A stretch of 64,000 nucleotides of DNA, from contig CAWDPO010000035.1 in assembly GCA_963804165.1 (NCBI GenBank), positions 32,001-96,000 of the forward strand, in the 5' to 3' direction. The position numbers were made by a program, and so were the translations under genes. The notes below the pieces were generated by a model that saw only the letters and a list, made by a program, of their open reading frames with translations, was not told where the DNA came from and did no database searches. Below are positions 60,044 through 64,000 of this stretch, piece by piece (positions within the stretch are counted from its first letter, which is position 1; every line of letters starts with the position of its first letter). The stretch is from an uncultured delta proteobacterium (GTDB lineage: Bacteria > Desulfobacterota > Binatia > UBA9968).

Positions 60044-61051
60044 CTACTGCAGGAAAATCTTTTGGTATTCCTTCTTCTTCGTCTCGTAGTCTTCCTTGCC
60101 GAACTGGTACATCTGCACAAACTTGATCTTGTCGGCGTCGGGCAGCGGCGGATGGACGCCTTTGCGGTTGACGAATTCGCCGGTCGCGGCCTGAATCTTC
60201 ATGCTCTCTTCGTCGAGAAAGAAATCGATAAACGCCTTGCCGGCGTTAGGCCTGGGAGCTTTGGAGCCGAGACTGATGTACTGGCCGTCGCCGAGCATAT
60301 TGTAGTCCCGGACGTAGTCGAGATCGGCTCCTTGTTTGTTGTAGGTCAGAACGAAGCGAACGAAGGTGATGCCGATGGGCGTCTCGCCGGTGCCGACGCG
60401 ATCGGCCGCGGGCACGATGGACTCGACGAATGTCGGTTTCGTCGCGGCGAGATCGCGGATGAATTTCTCCGCCCGAGGTTTTGGCATTATTTTATCCAGG
60501 CTGGCCAGCCACTGAGTGGTCAACGTATGATTCACGGGATGAGGCATGACCAGCTTGCCGCGGTACTCCGGCTTGACCACGTCTTCGAGCGTCTTCGGCG
60601 CTTCATTGGCCTTGATGCCGGCTTTGTTGAAGATGACGCCGTAGAGCACGTTACGGTAGCGGGCGCCGAGAGTCGGATCGATGGCATCCTTGGCGAAGCC
60701 TTTAAGCGACGGCGATTCGTATTTTACGAACGCGCCGGCTTTGGCCATTAGGTGCATGTGATCGCCCGTGGTGGCAACGACGTCAAAAAGAGGTTTGCCG
60801 ACGCGATGCTCGGCAAGGACGCGATCAATAACCTCGGTGGAACCCCCGCGCCAGTATTCCATCTGGAGGCCGGTCTTGGCTTCAAAAGCTTTTTTCAGCG
60901 CGTCGGCAGTGAAAGTCTCCATCGAGGTGTAGACGATCACTTTGCCGCCGTCTTTTTTGGCCGCGTCGACGAGTTTGGTATTTTGCGCCGACACACCCTG
61001 AGCGCAAACGATGAATAGCGTCACCAACAACAAAGCGAAAGAATTACGCAT
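60044..61051 (-). CDS. Extracellular solute-binding protein (AfuA-type ABC SBP family)
   Basis: Signal peptide, KVIVYTS, APRPNAGKAFIDFFL. Confidence 0.88.
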   Translation of the reverse strand: MRNSFALLLVTLFIVCAQGVSAQNTKLVDAAKKDGGKVIVYTSMETFTADALKKAFEAKTGLQMEYWRGGSTEVIDRVLAEHRVGKPLFDVVATTGDHMHLMAKAGAFVKYESPSLKGFAKDAIDPTLGARYRNVLYGVIFNKAGIKANEAPKTLEDVVKPEYRGKLVMPHPVNHTLTTQWLASLDKIMPKPRAEKFIRDLAATKPTFVESIVPAADRVGTGETPIGITFVRFVLTYNKQGADLDYVRDYNMLGDGQYISLGSKAPRPNAGKAFIDFFLDEESMKIQAATGEFVNRKGVHPPLPDADKIKFVQMYQFGKEDYETKKKEYQKIFLQ

Positions 61052-61081
61052 AGAAAACTCTTTTCATCGACTCACAATGTT

Positions 61082-62062
61082 TCAATTCTTCGCCATCAGT
61101 TTTTTGAAAAATCCTTCGCGGTCCAGCTCGTCGACGATGCTTTCGTCGAGATATCTGCCGAGGTTCATGTCGACTTTCACGGCCGGATTTCGCTGCGCGA
61201 TAATTTCCAGCGTATTGCGCAAGCCTTCCTGCGATACCCGGGTCGGCATCGAAAAACTCTTGGCAAAGTAATCGTAGGTTTCTTCCAGTCCTTTGGGGTT
61301 CTTAAATCGCAGTCGCTTGGAGAGCACCGCGAGTCCCTTTTCCCTGTTGGTCATGAACTGGTAGGTGCCGTCGGCGTAGGCTTGCTGAAAACGTTTCACC
61401 GCATCGCGATTCTTTTCCACAAACGAACGGCGGGCGATCATGACATTCATCGGAAACGAGGTTCCTTTGACCTCGGGCATTTTTACCAACTCGTGCATAC
61501 CGAGGCGCAGCGCTTCGTTGATGTCAGGATAAGACAACATGGTGCCGTCAATGGCTCTGGTCGAAAGCGCCACGATGCGCGCGGCTGAGTCGCCAGCCGG
61601 AAAAATCGTCACCGACGGGCGCGCGATATTCCAAGCTTTGAGAGCGAGAAACGTCGCGGTCTCGGTGGCGCCGCCGACGGCGAGAATGCCGATTTTTTTT
61701 CCGGCTAGATCCTCGGGCTTGCGAATTTCCTTTTGGGTCACAAAGCTGTAGGGAAAGTTGTTGAGTGTTCCCGAAATCATCACAATATCCGCGCCCTGAT
61801 TGATCGCGTTGATCCCCGTGGCCGCGTCGACCTGGGCGAGGTGGATACTGCCGCCGAGCACGGCCTGGATTTGGCGAACCGACCCGGGCACGAGCACGAC
61901 GTCACCGTTGAAGCCATACTTCGCCATCGAGCCCAAATCCTTCGGCGCCCACACCGGCGCTTGAAAGCCGGCAAAGCCGGCGTAGGCGACGAGATAGCTT
62001 TCTTGTGCGGCGAGGTTGACCGGCGAGATCAAAAGCAAAAAGACAAAAAGCTTCGTAAACAT
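61082..62062 (-). CDS. ABC substrate-binding protein, SsuA/THI5 family
   Basis: Signal peptide, DLAGKKIG, LDREGFFKKL. Confidence 0.88.
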   Translation of the reverse strand: MFTKLFVFLLLISPVNLAAQESYLVAYAGFAGFQAPVWAPKDLGSMAKYGFNGDVVLVPGSVRQIQAVLGGSIHLAQVDAATGINAINQGADIVMISGTLNNFPYSFVTQKEIRKPEDLAGKKIGILAVGGATETATFLALKAWNIARPSVTIFPAGDSAARIVALSTRAIDGTMLSYPDINEALRLGMHELVKMPEVKGTSFPMNVMIARRSFVEKNRDAVKRFQQAYADGTYQFMTNREKGLAVLSKRLRFKNPKGLEETYDYFAKSFSMPTRVSQEGLRNTLEIIAQRNPAVKVDMNLGRYLDESIVDELDREGFFKKLMAKN

Positions 62063-62131
62063 TTTTTGGATTTTTCCGCCTTTTGATTGGAATGGACGCT
62101 CTCCCGACTGAGACGCTCGCTGTTCAGAGGT

Positions 62132-62239
62132 TGTCATCCCTGAACCCTTCGGCGGGACTCAGGATAAACTCCGTGAAGGATCTCGACCGATCCACAGGTT
62201 ACCAAAAACGGGATTCTTCGGCTTTGCCTCAGAATGACA
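62132..62239. repeat. MITE/REP-like palindromic element, same family as 59892-59966 in opposite orientation
   Basis: tgtcatccctgaac...gtgaaggatctc ... gattcttcggctttgcctcagaatgaca. Confidence 0.75.
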
Positions 62240-62319
62240 GCAAAATTTAACGGATACTTGAAACACTCGTGTTCATTTTTCAATTGCGTTGGAAGGCATG
62301 CTTTTACGGGATCGAATTT

Positions 62320-63078
62320 TCATGTCCATCCCCGTGTCCAGCGCTCGTCTCTTTTTATTTTGTCCTCGTAGTAGTTCCATTCGGCGGAATGAAACATCTC
62401 GTCCCTCGGTCTGCGGAAGAGCTTTTGCCGGCTTTCGGTCAAGGTATTGATCGCGTCCGGCGTCGGTCCCTGGTATCCGTGGAGGCCGGCGATGGCCATG
62501 ATCTTTGCCGTGCGTTCCATGTAGAGCGCGCCCATGCAGGCCTCGTCGATGGTTTCGCCGACTGTCACGATGCCGTGCCCTTTGATCATGACCGCCGACG
62601 CGTCGCCCAGGCATTTTGCAAGTTCCGCGCCTTCGGATTCATCCAAAATGTAGATGGGACGAGGGAAGATCGGTGTCCCGCCTTTAAAGCGAGATGATTG
62701 CATGTGCACCCAATCGACAGGTCTATCCGCAAGGCTGAGGGCAATACACATGGAGGCGTGGCAGTGGACGGCAGCGTTGACGTCCGGCCTGACTTTGAAA
62801 ATTTCCGTGTAGATCACCGACTCGCGCGGGATCGTGCCGACGCCGGAAAGCTTCTTCAATGAATAGTCGAAGTGAACCAACCAGTCTTTTTTTTCTCGCT
62901 CCGCGCGGCGAAACATGCGCACCGCGATGCCGCGATTGCCGGGAAGGCGGGTGCCGACGTGGCCCCAGATATCGCCGATTTCCCATTCAAGGATCCTCGC
63001 GGCAGTATTCAATTCTTGTTCGATGGCCTTGATCGATTTCTTAAGCTGTTGGCCGACTGCTTTATCGGATTTGCTCAT
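62320..63078 (-). CDS. Class II aldolase/adducin family protein (possible aromatic decarboxylase)
   Basis: WGHVG.R, E..IYTEIF..RPDVNAAVHCH, MIKGHG.VTVG. Confidence 0.85.
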   Translation of the reverse strand: MSKSDKAVGQQLKKSIKAIEQELNTAARILEWEIGDIWGHVGTRLPGNRGIAVRMFRRAEREKKDWLVHFDYSLKKLSGVGTIPRESVIYTEIFKVRPDVNAAVHCHASMCIALSLADRPVDWVHMQSSRFKGGTPIFPRPIYILDESEGAELAKCLGDASAVMIKGHGIVTVGETIDEACMGALYMERTAKIMAIAGLHGYQGPTPDAINTLTESRQKLFRRPRDEMFHSAEWNYYEDKIKRDERWTRGWT

Positions 63079-63128
63079 AAATTCTCTTTTCGTTTTTTAT
63101 TGGTTGATGATGCCCCCAAGGGTCCCAA

Positions 63129-64000
63129 TCACGATGCCGCCTTGCGCCGCGCGGCGAAGGAAGCCGGGTTTTCTTTCACCGCCGTCGGTGTCAGGTAGTT
63201 AAAATGCTGGCGCCACGGCACGTCGCGGGGCACCATGTGCGCGAAGCAGTCGATGTGCGGAAACCAGTTGCGCGCGGCGTCGCGCAACAGATGGGGTGGT
63301 TCCTTGCCGGCGGTGAACTCCTTCACGCTGGTGAGCAGAAATTTGCGGACGGCGATCACGGCCTTGTCGCTTACGCCGAGATGCTCCCGGCTGCGGTCGA
63401 AGACCGCGCCCATGCTCTCCGTCGCGCAGGCGTCGTGGTTGAGAAAATCCTCGATGCCGGTGAAATTCACCGCTTTTTGCATTTGCCGGTCTTGGAGATA
63501 ATTATTGCGCGCGTTGCGAATCCTCGTGTAGTCGGGATTGATCTGCCTGCGCCGATGGACCTCGTCGTCGCGCACGGCACGGTCGCGGCGAAAGCCGATA
63601 TCATAGCGCCAGCAATGGGTGTCATCCGCCGGCACGTAGGTGTGGATTTCATAACCTTCCAATTCGTTGGTCGCCCGGCCCGCCGGCACACAGCCATAAA
63701 CCGGCATGATGAAAGCGGAGAAGCGGATATAGTGCTGATTATCGGTGTTGCGGGTCGCGATCAGCCGGACGCCGAAGTCGGTATCTTCGGTTTCATAATA
63801 GGGCGCAGTGTCGCTCTTGTAGAGCGTCTGATTGCGCTCGTTGGAAAAGGTGCGGTGCAAAAAGGATAGATGCGACGAGTCGCATTCACCCTCGAGGCCT
63901 TGGAGATAATTGCATTCCAACAGGGCCTTGGTCACGTACGAGAATTCCGGCGGCACTTGTGTCCATTCGTAATTGGGAAACAGCGGTATCATTTCACGCG
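63129..64000 (-). CDS. Rieske aromatic oxygenase catalytic domain (phthalate 4,5-dioxygenase/LigXa-like), 5' partial
   Basis: CNYLQGLEG.CDSSHLSFLH, VPADDTH, DACATESMG, EHLG.SD. Confidence 0.88.
   Translation of the reverse strand, partial: REMIPLFPNYEWTQVPPEFSYVTKALLECNYLQGLEGECDSSHLSFLHRTFSNERNQTLYKSDTAPYYETEDTDFGVRLIATRNTDNQHYIRFSAFIMPVYGCVPAGRATNELEGYEIHTYVPADDTHCWRYDIGFRRDRAVRDDEVHRRRQINPDYTRIRNARNNYLQDRQMQKAVNFTGIEDFLNHDACATESMGAVFDRSREHLGVSDKAVIAVRKFLLTSVKEFTAGKEPPHLLRDAARNWFPHIDCFAHMVPRDVPWRQHFNYLTPTAVKENPASFAARRKAAS

Overview
Bacterial chromosomal window of roughly 55-60% GC (by eye), rich in catabolic and transport genes. The gene complement suggests a soil Candidatus Binatia/Deltaproteobacteria-type genome, but this is inference only. 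At least 10 genes are broken by single-base indels, most likely uncorrected long-read errors. Main content: (i) a mosaic accessory segment at about 0.3-7.9 kb, bounded by a 96-bp duplicated gene fragment and containing several recurring intergenic motifs; (ii) ten solute-binding proteins with no permease or ATPase, interleaved with aromatic-catabolic enzymes (amidohydrolases, dihydroxyphthalate decarboxylase-like protein, flavin monooxygenase, gentisate dioxygenase-like cupin, CocE/NonD hydrolase, Rieske oxygenase, class II aldolase); (iii) a Phd-VapC toxin-antitoxin pair with a perfect operator palindrome; (iv) a housekeeping block (Fpg/Nei, GST, TrmJ, spermidine-synthase fusion, UvrD-type helicase); (v) a single-ORF DDE insertion element with repeated end motifs; (vi) an atypical acyltransferase + ACP + AMP-ligase cluster; (vii) many intercistronic inverted microsatellite and REP/MITE-like hairpins. 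I saw no rRNA, tRNA, CRISPR array, reverse transcriptase or tyrosine/serine recombinase gene.
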